Shown piece by piece: positions 1 through 9,198 of a stretch of DNA of 64,000 nucleotides. The notes under the pieces were generated by a model, which was not told the origin of the DNA, made no database searches, and was given only the letters and a program-made list of their open reading frames with translations. A program made the position numbers and the translations under genes. Where the stretch lies: NCBI GenBank assembly GCA_965207375.1, contig OZ242274.1, positions 736,001 through 800,000 on the forward strand, in the 5' to 3' direction. Source of the stretch: Nitrosopumilaceae archaeon. GTDB taxonomy: Archaea > Thermoproteota > Nitrososphaeria > Nitrososphaerales > Nitrosopumilaceae. Position 1 is the first letter of the stretch. Every line of letters starts with the position of its first letter.

Positions 1-409
1 ACTCCATCATAAAGATTGCAGCAGCAACCAAACTCCAACCTCTACTGTTGACAAGTTTAAGAGTCACCAGATATACTATTGGTATTGTCAAAGATGAAAT
101 TATGATCGAGTTGATTCGAATCAGGTTGACATATCCCAAATTATCCTCAAAGCTTACAGGCAAGAATGCTATCGAGTTGATAAACGGCCACAGCATTCTG
201 TTCTGAATCGCAGCATCTCCATGCGAGTATGAGAGGGCCTCTGAAAGATACACTAGCGTGTCTGGTGTTATGGGAAAATGATTCCAATCAGTAAAAACAA
301 TTCGAAGAATGATTCCTGTTGCAATCAGTGATAAAAGAATTGATTTTTTATGATTGATGACTGTTCCTGCACGTTTTTCTATTTCATCTAGTGATAATAT
401 CTTGTTCAT
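1..409 (-). CDS. GT-C fold membrane glycosyltransferase (ArnT/PMT, GT39-like), partial; runs off the window start
   Basis: Not in the ORF track. Read manually from ATG at 409 (ATGA overlap with the flippase stop): MNKILSLDEIEKR...GIILRIVF...PDTLVY...IRINSIIISSLTIPIVYLV...WSLVAAAIFMME. This is a multi-TM pattern typical of GT-C enzymes. Confidence 0.7.
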   Translation of the reverse strand, partial: MNKILSLDEIEKRAGTVINHKKSILLSLIATGIILRIVFTDWNHFPITPDTLVYLSEALSYSHGDAAIQNRMLWPFINSIAFLPVSFEDNLGYVNLIRINSIIISSLTIPIVYLVTLKLVNSRGWSLVAAAIFMME

Positions 410-1557
410 TTTTTATACCGTTTGTTTACAATCACATAAAAAATTGCTTGACTTATATCAGCTATCAACAGGGCAAATACAACACCCATTATACTAAACA
501 GCTCACCTAACAAGTAAATCATTGGAATTTGAATGCCAAGAAACATCGCCGAGCCTATAATGACTAGTTTGCTTTTCTCCATTCCTAAAAATCTCGACAT
601 GTACATAATTGAGATGGTTCTTGGGATGATTACAATACTCATGATTTGCACAACAATTACGGCTTCTGTAAATTCTGGAAAAATTAGTGGTATGATAATT
701 GGTGCACTAGTTACACCTGCAAATGCGAGTCCCACTGAGATTAACACGGCCATTTTTTTTAATCTTGGCCGCTCCTGGCCTGATGCATCCTGTGGAAGCG
801 TATATTGCATTATGATGCTTGGTAAAATGGTCAACAATGAGAGCACTTGAATTCCCAAATGATAGTTGCCAAGCAATGTAAAGCCCAACAATGGGGCAAT
901 GATTATCTTATCTATTTGACCGCTAAATGTTCTAGCCAAACTTTCAATGTACGTATTTATTGTAAATCCGATCCTATTTTTAAAATCGCTAAAATCTATT
1001 TTTGATTTTCTTAATGACGAGATTATCTGAAAAATAAATATCATCATCGATAAGCCAAATCCAAAAATTACTCCAGAAGGACCCATGACATGATATAATG
1101 CAATAGTGAAGATAACCAAGCACACTTTTTGAGCTAGAAAAATCATCGAATATCTTTTGTACATTTTTCTTCCCAGCAAATCTGCAATTGCCAGGTTGAA
1201 AATCACATATCCTATTGCATATATTCCAAGGGATGGTTCCTCAAATAGCAGGTATAGTGTTATTGATACAACGATACTTGAACCAATTGAGATCAATGAT
1301 GCAGGCCATAGTAGATTTTGGTTTTTTGCAGTGTAAACTATTAGAGTATACCCGGATCCAAAAAGACAAAATACCGATGCTATTCCTGCAATGGCTATAA
1401 GATAGTTTATCTCTCCGTATTTTTCTGGACCCATTATTGATGCCAGATAAAACCAAAAGACTGCTGAAATTGCACTGCCTCCGGCATTTGCAATGCCAAG
1501 AGATGACAAATCCATTAATCCTTTAATATTCTTGATTCGACTCCATCCCAAATCCAT
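406..1557 (-). CDS. Wzx-like oligosaccharide flippase
   Basis: 383 aa, many TM segments, MOP-family-like patterns (GPEKYG, IDKIIIAPLLG..LG.Y), glycan-cluster context. Confidence 0.8.
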   Translation of the reverse strand: MDLGWSRIKNIKGLMDLSSLGIANAGGSAISAVFWFYLASIMGPEKYGEINYLIAIAGIASVFCLFGSGYTLIVYTAKNQNLLWPASLISIGSSIVVSITLYLLFEEPSLGIYAIGYVIFNLAIADLLGRKMYKRYSMIFLAQKVCLVIFTIALYHVMGPSGVIFGFGLSMMIFIFQIISSLRKSKIDFSDFKNRIGFTINTYIESLARTFSGQIDKIIIAPLLGFTLLGNYHLGIQVLSLLTILPSIIMQYTLPQDASGQERPRLKKMAVLISVGLAFAGVTSAPIIIPLIFPEFTEAVIVVQIMSIVIIPRTISIMYMSRFLGMEKSKLVIIGSAMFLGIQIPMIYLLGELFSIMGVVFALLIADISQAIFYVIVNKRYKK

Positions 1558-1574
1558 TATTCATATTTTTATAA

Positions 1575-2768
1575 TCATGCTCTATAATTACGAGTCGCAA
1601 TAATTTCCTCATAAAGTTTGGTGATTTCTTTGCCCATTTTGTCTTTGGTGTTTTCAGAAACAACTTTGTAATATCCATTCATGCCAAATTCCTTGCATTT
1701 TTCCTGATTTTCAAGTAAAAAAGCTATTTTTTCTGCCAAGTCCAGATGGTTTTCCTCCTCAAAAAGCAATCCGTTCTCATTGTTTTTTATAACATGAGGT
1801 ATTCCATGGGCATTTGTACTAATTGCAGGTTTTTTGCATGCAAATCCTTCCAATGGTGTTAATGGGGACATTTCCCATCTAGAAGGCAACACCAAAAACT
1901 GACATCCATGATAGGCAGAAATAACAATATCTCTTGGCGGATTTTCTATTACCAACACGTCTTGTTTTATATCCAATTCATTTATCATATCAAAAAATCT
2001 TTTTTTATATCCAAAATCTGATCCCATCATGACAACTGTGTAGCCTGCAAGCCTGTTTGTCTTTTTTAGCTCCCTTATTGCCTGCAATAAAATGTCTGGT
2101 CCCTTAACATGTGCAAATCTTCCCAGAAACAGCAGATATTTTGAAAGATTGTATTTATTTTTAAAATCGATCTGATTCTCTTGAATCTTTGCAACATCTA
2201 TTCCATTTTCAATCATTACTAACTTTGATGTACCACAGTACTTGGAAAAAATTTCCCGCTCATACTCGTTTGCAACAATTATCTTTGTAGCTTGTTTTAT
2301 GATCATTTTGATAAGTGGTTTTTGAAGTCGGTATAGAATTTTCTTCAAACCCGTATTGCGGGCATCAGGATGTGTATGTAATCCTCCTTGATCACTTACA
2401 ACTAATGGAATATTGCATCTTTTTGAAATTAATGCAGCTATGAAACTTTGAAATCCCCTGATTCCTATGGCATGCAGAATTTCTGGTCTGTCATTTTTTA
2501 TGATTCCGTAGAGCCCAGGATTGATAAAAAATAATTTTATCTTTGCATATACATGTGATCTTTTGATTATAATTCCTTTGTATTCTTCTACTCTGGACAG
2601 ATTTTTGTTAAAAGAATTTTTTGAATCTGCAAAATCCAAATCTGTAGTATAAAGTGTAACTTTGTGACCGATTTTTTTTAGCTCACTTGCAACATCTAAT
2701 GCCAAAAACATAATTCCTCCAAATTGTGTGGCCGGAATAGAGGCAGGACATGTGATTCCAATATTCAT
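1575..2768 (-). CDS. Glycosyltransferase family 4
   Basis: FLGRF..KG.D and VLPSRWE..PL..LEG GT4 motifs. Confidence 0.9.
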   Translation of the reverse strand: MNIGITCPASIPATQFGGIMFLALDVASELKKIGHKVTLYTTDLDFADSKNSFNKNLSRVEEYKGIIIKRSHVYAKIKLFFINPGLYGIIKNDRPEILHAIGIRGFQSFIAALISKRCNIPLVVSDQGGLHTHPDARNTGLKKILYRLQKPLIKMIIKQATKIIVANEYEREIFSKYCGTSKLVMIENGIDVAKIQENQIDFKNKYNLSKYLLFLGRFAHVKGPDILLQAIRELKKTNRLAGYTVVMMGSDFGYKKRFFDMINELDIKQDVLVIENPPRDIVISAYHGCQFLVLPSRWEMSPLTPLEGFACKKPAISTNAHGIPHVIKNNENGLLFEEENHLDLAEKIAFLLENQEKCKEFGMNGYYKVVSENTKDKMGKEITKLYEEIIATRNYRA

Positions 2769-2809
2769 GTTAATTTGTGACAGTTGTTTCTGATATTAAT
2801 AATACCGGT

Positions 2810-3724
2810 TTATTTTATGTGTGTACCAGACCATTTGGCAATCATCTTTTCTAAAATACTTTCAATATCTTCTTTGGGATAAAATCCCAGATTCTTTTTT
2901 GCCTTTTGAATATGTAGTCTGCAATAGGTTGATTCAAATTTTCTTGCAGGTTTTTTTGAAATTTCCATCTTTTTGCCAACTTTACTTTCAATTCTTTTAA
3001 TGAGATCTGTCATTTTGATTGATTTTCCACTAGCTATATTAAAAATGCCTGAATTGCCATAGTTTACTGCACTAATTATTGAATTTATTGCATCATTATA
3101 ATGCAGCAGATCAATTTCCTGATTGCCTCCAAATAATGTAATTTGATTTTTCTGTATTGCATTTTTTATCATTACTGAAACTCCCCGTCTATCATTTTGT
3201 TCTCCAACAAAATTACTAAATCTTAAAATTATGTATTGAAGGCCAAAATGCTTGCCAAAATTTTGTATTATATTTTCTGAAAATAATTTAGTCATTCCAT
3301 TGATATTTTTTGGGTTCTGAACTGAGGACTCGGTGAATCTTTTGTTTGACTCCTCATAAACCTCCCTAGTTGAGGCAAAGATAATTTTGGGTTTTTTTCC
3401 AATACTTGCATTTAAGATATTTTGAGTTCCCAACACATTTGTCATCAGTGCATTTTTCACATTACTTTCACATTCTGCATTTCCGGTAATACCAGCTAGA
3501 TGAATAATAATATCTGGATTATGTTTTGAAACAATTCTTGAAATTTTTTGGCCATCTCGAATATCGCATTTGGTTGATTTTTTGAGTGCTTTATTGTTTG
3601 TTAAAATTATCAGGTCGTGTCCAATCTCCTTCAACTTTGGAGCAAGAATCATTCCCAATATTCCTCCACCACCAGTTATCAGTATCTTCCTTTTTTTCAA
3701 ACTCAAATCAAAAATATCATCCAA
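2810..3724 (-). CDS. NAD-dependent epimerase/dehydratase (extended SDR) with a non-canonical active site
   Basis: ILITGGGGILG, IIHLAG, TNVLGT motifs; the YxxxK position reads NGMTK. Confidence 0.8.
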   Translation of the reverse strand: MDDIFDLSLKKRKILITGGGGILGMILAPKLKEIGHDLIILTNNKALKKSTKCDIRDGQKISRIVSKHNPDIIIHLAGITGNAECESNVKNALMTNVLGTQNILNASIGKKPKIIFASTREVYEESNKRFTESSVQNPKNINGMTKLFSENIIQNFGKHFGLQYIILRFSNFVGEQNDRRGVSVMIKNAIQKNQITLFGGNQEIDLLHYNDAINSIISAVNYGNSGIFNIASGKSIKMTDLIKRIESKVGKKMEISKKPARKFESTYCRLHIQKAKKNLGFYPKEDIESILEKMIAKWSGTHIK

Positions 3725-3744
3725 CTATTAAAATTGTAATTGTT

Positions 3745-4557
3745 TCATTTTTTAGCAAAGATCATGCCTAATTTTTCATCAGTTGGCAGAATTTCCAATT
3801 GAAACTTGTGTTCTATCAATTTGTTTTTTAACGATTCAAATCTTGCATCCTTACTATTCTTTAAATGATACTCCAGACACATGTTTTCAATTTTTTTTAG
3901 GATTTCATCAGAAAGGCTCTCTATTATATCATATTCGGAGCCTTCGCAATCTAATTTTAGAATCGAAATTCTCTCAATGTGGTTTTCATCAATTATGTTT
4001 TCTAAGGTAGTCGTGTCAATTTTTTCCTTTCTGCCTGATTTTTGCACAAGACTGTGTGCTGATTGATCTTCGGATAGGAAAATTTCTCCCTTTTCAACCC
4101 TATTGCTTACTGCAGAATTGCAAATTCGTACGTTTTCTAATAAATTATTTGAGATGTTTTCTTTTAACAAATTAAAGTTGTCTTTGACAGGTTCAAAACA
4201 AAAAATTTTTGTTTTCGGGCTTTTTTGAGAAATGTACATGGCATACAATCCTATGTGTGAACCAATATCTAGAACCGGTCCCTTGTCTTGTGGAATAAAC
4301 CCCCTTTGATTATATTCTTCCAACAGCCACACATTTGCAAATGCCTGGATATCCGTAGAGTTGTTTCGTATTTTTATTTTTATTCCTCTTCTAGTTTCCA
4401 AAACTGAATACATGTCATTTTTTTGGTTGCAATAAATAGAGATTAATTCTCGCCAGTTCTTGAGAATCTTTATTGATTTTAGCATTAATGAAAATTTTGA
4501 AATTTTTCTTTTTTTCACAATATTGCTTCCTGTGTTCATTATATATTGATAAATCAC
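3745..4557 (-). CDS. FkbM-family methyltransferase
   Basis: VLDIGSHIG, FEP and LKLDCEGSE motifs; exact start uncertain. Confidence 0.85.
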   Translation of the reverse strand: MIYQYIMNTGSNIVKKRKISKFSLMLKSIKILKNWRELISIYCNQKNDMYSVLETRRGIKIKIRNNSTDIQAFANVWLLEEYNQRGFIPQDKGPVLDIGSHIGLYAMYISQKSPKTKIFCFEPVKDNFNLLKENISNNLLENVRICNSAVSNRVEKGEIFLSEDQSAHSLVQKSGRKEKIDTTTLENIIDENHIERISILKLDCEGSEYDIIESLSDEILKKIENMCLEYHLKNSKDARFESLKNKLIEHKFQLEILPTDEKLGMIFAKK

Positions 4558-4597
4558 AAAGCTAAACTAAATTATTGGTTACCATTCTAAATAATTT

Positions 4598-5533
4598 GTG
4601 AAAATTCTCATTACCGGTGGCTCTGGCTTTGTAGGCAGTCATTTGTCAGAATTTTTATGTACCAGTAATCAAATAATTGTTGTTTCACGTTCAAAAAATG
4701 TCAAAAATATCGGCAATTTTGAGACAAACATTACATTTGAAGAATGCAACATTGTTAATCATGATGCATTAGGAAAAATAATTGAAAAATACATGCCTGA
4801 TGTAATAGTTCATTTGGCAGGTGAAACATCTCATTCCAAGTCATTTGAGAATCCATTATATGATCTAGATGTAAACACAAAATCTACATTATTTATTCTA
4901 GAGAAAATTAAGACATTGAATTTAAAATGCAGATTTGTACTGGGAAGTACGTTTATTGTAATTGGCAGACCTGAATATCTCCCCGTAGATGAAAAATCCC
5001 CCTGTCATCCTACTACAATTTATGGTTCCCATAGATTGACAAGCGAGCATTACTGTCAAATTTATAGCAACGTGTATGGATTAGACACAGTTATTTTCAG
5101 AATAACAAATTCTTTTGGACCAAGGGAAAAAACTGATCCTAAAAAAAATGCAGTCAATTATCTGATTCATGAATCTTTTCTGGGAAACGAAATCTCAATT
5201 TTTAATCACGGAGAATATTTTCGTGATCTTATTTTTATTGAAGATGTAATTTCTGCAATACAGACATTGATTCAAAAAGGTAAATCTGGAGAGATCTATT
5301 GGATCTCATCTTTTGAAAAGACTTGGTTTAAAGATTTTGGAAAAATACTTGAATCTCTTTCTGGAACACATGTAAAATATGTAGAATCTCCTACATATAC
5401 AAAAAAAGTTGATGTTGGAAATTTTGTTGTAGACAACTCCAAATTACAATCACTTGGGTGGAAAAGAAGATTCTCCTTGGAGGAGGGAATTAAAAAGACT
5501 CTAGATTATTTTCGATTAAATGATGCGCCTTGA
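4598..5533 (+). CDS. NAD-dependent epimerase/dehydratase (extended SDR)
   Basis: ILITGGSGFVG, VHLAG, RDLIFIED motifs; YGSHR in place of YxxxK. Confidence 0.85.
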   Translation: MKILITGGSGFVGSHLSEFLCTSNQIIVVSRSKNVKNIGNFETNITFEECNIVNHDALGKIIEKYMPDVIVHLAGETSHSKSFENPLYDLDVNTKSTLFILEKIKTLNLKCRFVLGSTFIVIGRPEYLPVDEKSPCHPTTIYGSHRLTSEHYCQIYSNVYGLDTVIFRITNSFGPREKTDPKKNAVNYLIHESFLGNEISIFNHGEYFRDLIFIEDVISAIQTLIQKGKSGEIYWISSFEKTWFKDFGKILESLSGTHVKYVESPTYTKKVDVGNFVVDNSKLQSLGWKRRFSLEEGIKKTLDYFRLNDAP

Positions 5534-6562
5534 TGCCCTACTTAATACAGATAGTATCTTGTTAAAAGCTCCACTGATATCATCTGATGAGACCTGTCTT
5601 GGAACTTCTATTATATTCACAAACTTTTTCAAAACATCCTTGTCTGATAGTTTTCTAGTCATTTGAATTTGTTCATATCTTTGATTGATTCTTTTTCTAT
5701 TTTTTATGATTGATGTATAGCAGCTAGCCTTTTCTCTAGCCATTCCCTTGGACAAGTAAAACAAAAAGATCAAAATTTCAATTAAGATTAATGATGGCAT
5801 CATCTTGTAGAGTGTTTTTCGTGAAAAATGAATCAATAAACAATACCATCTATTTCTTTCAAGAAGAAAGAATTTTCTTTTGCCCCATCCAAAACTCAAG
5901 CTTTCTGCGTGATAAACGATTGACGAGGGAACATAAAATGATTTTATTCCCATGTTTAATGCCCTCCATCCCAGTTCTAGATCATCATGATAGGCAAACA
6001 AAAATTCATCAAAATGTCCAATTTTCTCTAACACCTTCCTACTAGTAAACAGACAGGCTCCTGATGCATATCCTATCTCTTGTTCCAAATTGAATTTGGT
6101 AGCATCCAAATGTCCTTTGCCTGATGAGAATCCAAATCCAAAAGTTTGAATCCAATTCCCACCGCTGTTGATCTTGTTTTTATCTTTGTAAGAAAGGAGC
6201 TTGGGCTGATATAGGCCTTCTCCGTGTCTTTTGTAAGATTCCATCATATTTTCTATCCATTCTTGTGTGACTACCGTATCCGGATTCAAAATTATTATGA
6301 TCTCTCCCCTGCATTGCTTTATTCCAACATTATTGCCTCCGCAATATCCCAAATTTTCTTTATTCTCTACTAGTTTGATTTGGGGGAACTTTTCTTTTAC
6401 AATTTTATGGCTGTTGTCTTTTGATACATTATCTACTAGTATTATCTCCACGTTCTCATAACTTGATTTAGTTATTGATTCGATACAGTCAGATAAAATT
6501 TGTCCTGCATTATAGTTTAGGATTATTATGCTAACTAGTGGATCGGACGAATTTTCAACCAA
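5516..6562 (-). CDS. Glycosyltransferase family 2
   Basis: VSIIILNYN, VDNVSKD, NLGY.GGNN, LNPD, FDE.LF.Y.DD motifs. Confidence 0.9.
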   Translation of the reverse strand: MVENSSDPLVSIIILNYNAGQILSDCIESITKSSYENVEIILVDNVSKDNSHKIVKEKFPQIKLVENKENLGYCGGNNVGIKQCRGEIIIILNPDTVVTQEWIENMMESYKRHGEGLYQPKLLSYKDKNKINSGGNWIQTFGFGFSSGKGHLDATKFNLEQEIGYASGACLFTSRKVLEKIGHFDEFLFAYHDDLELGWRALNMGIKSFYVPSSIVYHAESLSFGWGKRKFFLLERNRWYCLLIHFSRKTLYKMMPSLILIEILIFLFYLSKGMAREKASCYTSIIKNRKRINQRYEQIQMTRKLSDKDVLKKFVNIIEVPRQVSSDDISGAFNKILSVLSRASRRII

Positions 6563-6581
6563 TAGAATTCATAAAGTGCAT

Positions 6582-7649
6582 CTATACAAAAAGTTTAGAA
6601 CCTTCTCCCAAAAGAAATATCTTTTCTTGTAGGGTTTTGTCCTGAATTATCTTGGAATTGTATGCTATTATGCTGTCTTTGATACTAATGTCTGAATTTA
6701 TTTCACAGTCAGACATGATTATAGAGTTTTCAATCTTGCTTTTTTTGATGTGCACATTATCCCCTATGCTTAAACTAGGTCCAATCACTGCATTGTCTTC
6801 TATGATGCAATTGTCACCTATTATTACAGGGCCGATAAGTTTTGCATTGGCTTTTATCTGAGAGTTTTTGCCTACCATTACTTTTCCCTCAACAGTTACT
6901 CCTGACTCTTTTGTACCAAGGAAATATTCCTCTAAATCTTTTAAAATTATACGGTTTGCATGAAGGATGTCATTTGGAGTTCCCGTATCTTTCCAGTAAT
7001 TTTTTACAGAGTGATATCTGATTAAATTTCCTTCCTGGAGCAGATTCTGTAACGTATCTGTAATCTCTAATTCATTTCTCCATGATGGCTTTGTTTTATC
7101 AATGATTTCAAAAATTTTTGGTGTCAAAAAGTATATTCCGGTAACTGCTAGATTAGTTGGAGGATTTTTTGGTTTTTCCATGATTTTTTTGATACTACCG
7201 TCTGTATTCAAATCTGCAATTCCGAATTGGGTTGGGTTATCGACCTCGCATAATAACAAAACCGCATCAGCTGTAGATTCTTTGAAATCTTTTACATAGT
7301 CTCCGATGTCTTTTTTTAAAATATTGTCTCCTAAAAACACGACAAATTTTTCATTGCCAACAAAGTTTTTGCATAATCTTACTGCATGTGCAATTCCCTT
7401 TGGTTCTGTTTGTAGAATATATGTGATCTTGACTCCAAAATCGACACCATTCTTGTAATAGTCTTTTACTTTTTGGAATCCATTTCCTCCAATTATGATT
7501 GCAATTTCAGTAATTCCTCCATCACGTAATGCCTCCACACAATACTGCGACATTGGCTTGTTTGCAATTGGAAGCAGTTGTTTTGGTCCGGTATGTGTCA
7601 ATGGTCGTAATCGCGTACCATGGCCACCGTGCAGGATAATTCCTTTCAT
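6582..7649 (-). CDS. rfbA: Glucose-1-phosphate thymidylyltransferase (long form with hexapeptide repeats)
   Basis: GGHGTRLRPLT..PKQL, EKP, RNELEITD, WKDTG motifs; adjacent to rfbB. Confidence 0.9.
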   Translation of the reverse strand: MKGIILHGGHGTRLRPLTHTGPKQLLPIANKPMSQYCVEALRDGGITEIAIIIGGNGFQKVKDYYKNGVDFGVKITYILQTEPKGIAHAVRLCKNFVGNEKFVVFLGDNILKKDIGDYVKDFKESTADAVLLLCEVDNPTQFGIADLNTDGSIKKIMEKPKNPPTNLAVTGIYFLTPKIFEIIDKTKPSWRNELEITDTLQNLLQEGNLIRYHSVKNYWKDTGTPNDILHANRIILKDLEEYFLGTKESGVTVEGKVMVGKNSQIKANAKLIGPVIIGDNCIIEDNAVIGPSLSIGDNVHIKKSKIENSIIMSDCEINSDISIKDSIIAYNSKIIQDKTLQEKIFLLGEGSKLFV

Positions 7650-7679
7650 GACAGTCCTGTTTCCACAAAATTGTTGATA

Positions 7680-8651
7680 TTAATGCTCCCATGGATTTTT
7701 TTGAATATGGACACTTTCATACCATTCTTTGTTTTCCTGATACCATTTTATGGTATTTTGTAGTCCTGACTCAAAATCTATTTTAGTTCTCCAACCGAGC
7801 CTTTTAATTTTTGATGAATCCAAACTGTATCTGAAATCATGTCCTGGCCTGTCCTCTACAAACTCCATCAGATCTTTGGATTTTCCTAGATATTCTAAAA
7901 TTTTCTCTATAATAACAAGATTATCAATTTCATTATCTGCTGAAATGTTGTAAGACTCTCCATCTTTGCCATCAGATATTACTTTTTGAATTCCCAAACA
8001 ATGATCATCAACATGTATCCAATCACGAATGTTTTTGCCTGTACCATAAACTGGTATCTTTTCATCATTGATTGCCCTAATTATGACCTTGGGAATCAAT
8101 TTTTCGGGAAACTGTCTGGGTCCATAATTGTTTGTACATCTTGTAATTTTTGCATTGATTTCATAGGTAGTCACATATGAATTGATCAATAATTCTGCAG
8201 ATGCTTTTGATGATGAATAAGGGCTGGAAGGGTTTAATTTGAAATTTTCATCTGCAGATTCAGTTTTCAAACTTCCAAATACTTCATCTGTAGAAATATG
8301 CACCAGTTTTTTACTGTGTTTTCGTATTGCCTCTAGTATAGTAAATACACCAATTATGTTTGAATCTACAAAGGGTCTTGCATTTGAAATACTTCTGTCC
8401 ACATGTGACTCGGCTGCAAAATTTACCACCATATCTGATTTTGAAATTAGCGATGACACTAAATTCGAATCTGTAATGTCGCCTTTCACATACAAATAGT
8501 TTTTTAAATTCTCTACTGTTTTTAGATTTTCAATGTTTGATCCTTCTTTTTGTGCATCTAGATTTGTTATTTGTAATTCTGGATTATTTATCATCTTTAA
8601 AATGAAATTACTTCCAATAAACCCTAAACCTCCGGTAACAAGAATTCTCAT
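7680..8651 (-). CDS. rfbB: dTDP-glucose 4,6-dehydratase
   Basis: AAESHVDRSI, STDEVFG, YSSSK, NNYGPRQFPEKLIP, DRPGHDFRY motifs. Confidence 0.95.
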   Translation of the reverse strand: MRILVTGGLGFIGSNFILKMINNPELQITNLDAQKEGSNIENLKTVENLKNYLYVKGDITDSNLVSSLISKSDMVVNFAAESHVDRSISNARPFVDSNIIGVFTILEAIRKHSKKLVHISTDEVFGSLKTESADENFKLNPSSPYSSSKASAELLINSYVTTYEINAKITRCTNNYGPRQFPEKLIPKVIIRAINDEKIPVYGTGKNIRDWIHVDDHCLGIQKVISDGKDGESYNISADNEIDNLVIIEKILEYLGKSKDLMEFVEDRPGHDFRYSLDSSKIKRLGWRTKIDFESGLQNTIKWYQENKEWYESVHIQKNPWEH

Positions 8652-8733
8652 GTCTTATCTCATAGAAAAATTCTTTGCCTAGTAATATTACTTCTCTTTA
8701 CACTTATTTGTAACCTAGAAAAAAAATAGCCTG

Positions 8734-9198
8734 ATGGGAGATTTTCCGAAAAAAATTCAACTAGAAACACATGATACCTGCGATATTAAAGATGGTCATG
8801 CCAATGGTTCCCTTTCTGTAGTTTATCGTGATTGGGATAACATTATTGATTTTACTCCAAAAATGCTCTATGTGACATCAATCAACAAAGGAGAAATCAA
8901 GGGCCCACACATTCATTTAAGGCGTAACAGCTATTTTGTATGTATTAAGGGAGAGGTTGTTTTTATAATCAAAGACAATTACAGGTATTTGGAATTTAGA
9001 TCCAAAGAAACAAGCCCTGCAATGATATATGTTCCAAAAAATTTTGCTTCAGCACACATTAATCTAGACAATCATACCTCATCGGTATTGGCTATTGGAG
9101 ATATTGCATGGAGGCCAAATGATAACGAAATGGAGAATGTGTCTTTTGATGATTATGATTGGAATAAATGGGATACTGATGTTCAAAGAATAAAATGA
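8734..9198 (+). CDS. Cupin-fold dTDP-keto-sugar epimerase/isomerase (RmlC/WxcM-like)
   Basis: KGPHIH...YFVCIKG...IYVP..FA.AH cupin motifs; divergent from rfbB. Confidence 0.75.
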   Translation: MGDFPKKIQLETHDTCDIKDGHANGSLSVVYRDWDNIIDFTPKMLYVTSINKGEIKGPHIHLRRNSYFVCIKGEVVFIIKDNYRYLEFRSKETSPAMIYVPKNFASAHINLDNHTSSVLAIGDIAWRPNDNEMENVSFDDYDWNKWDTDVQRIK

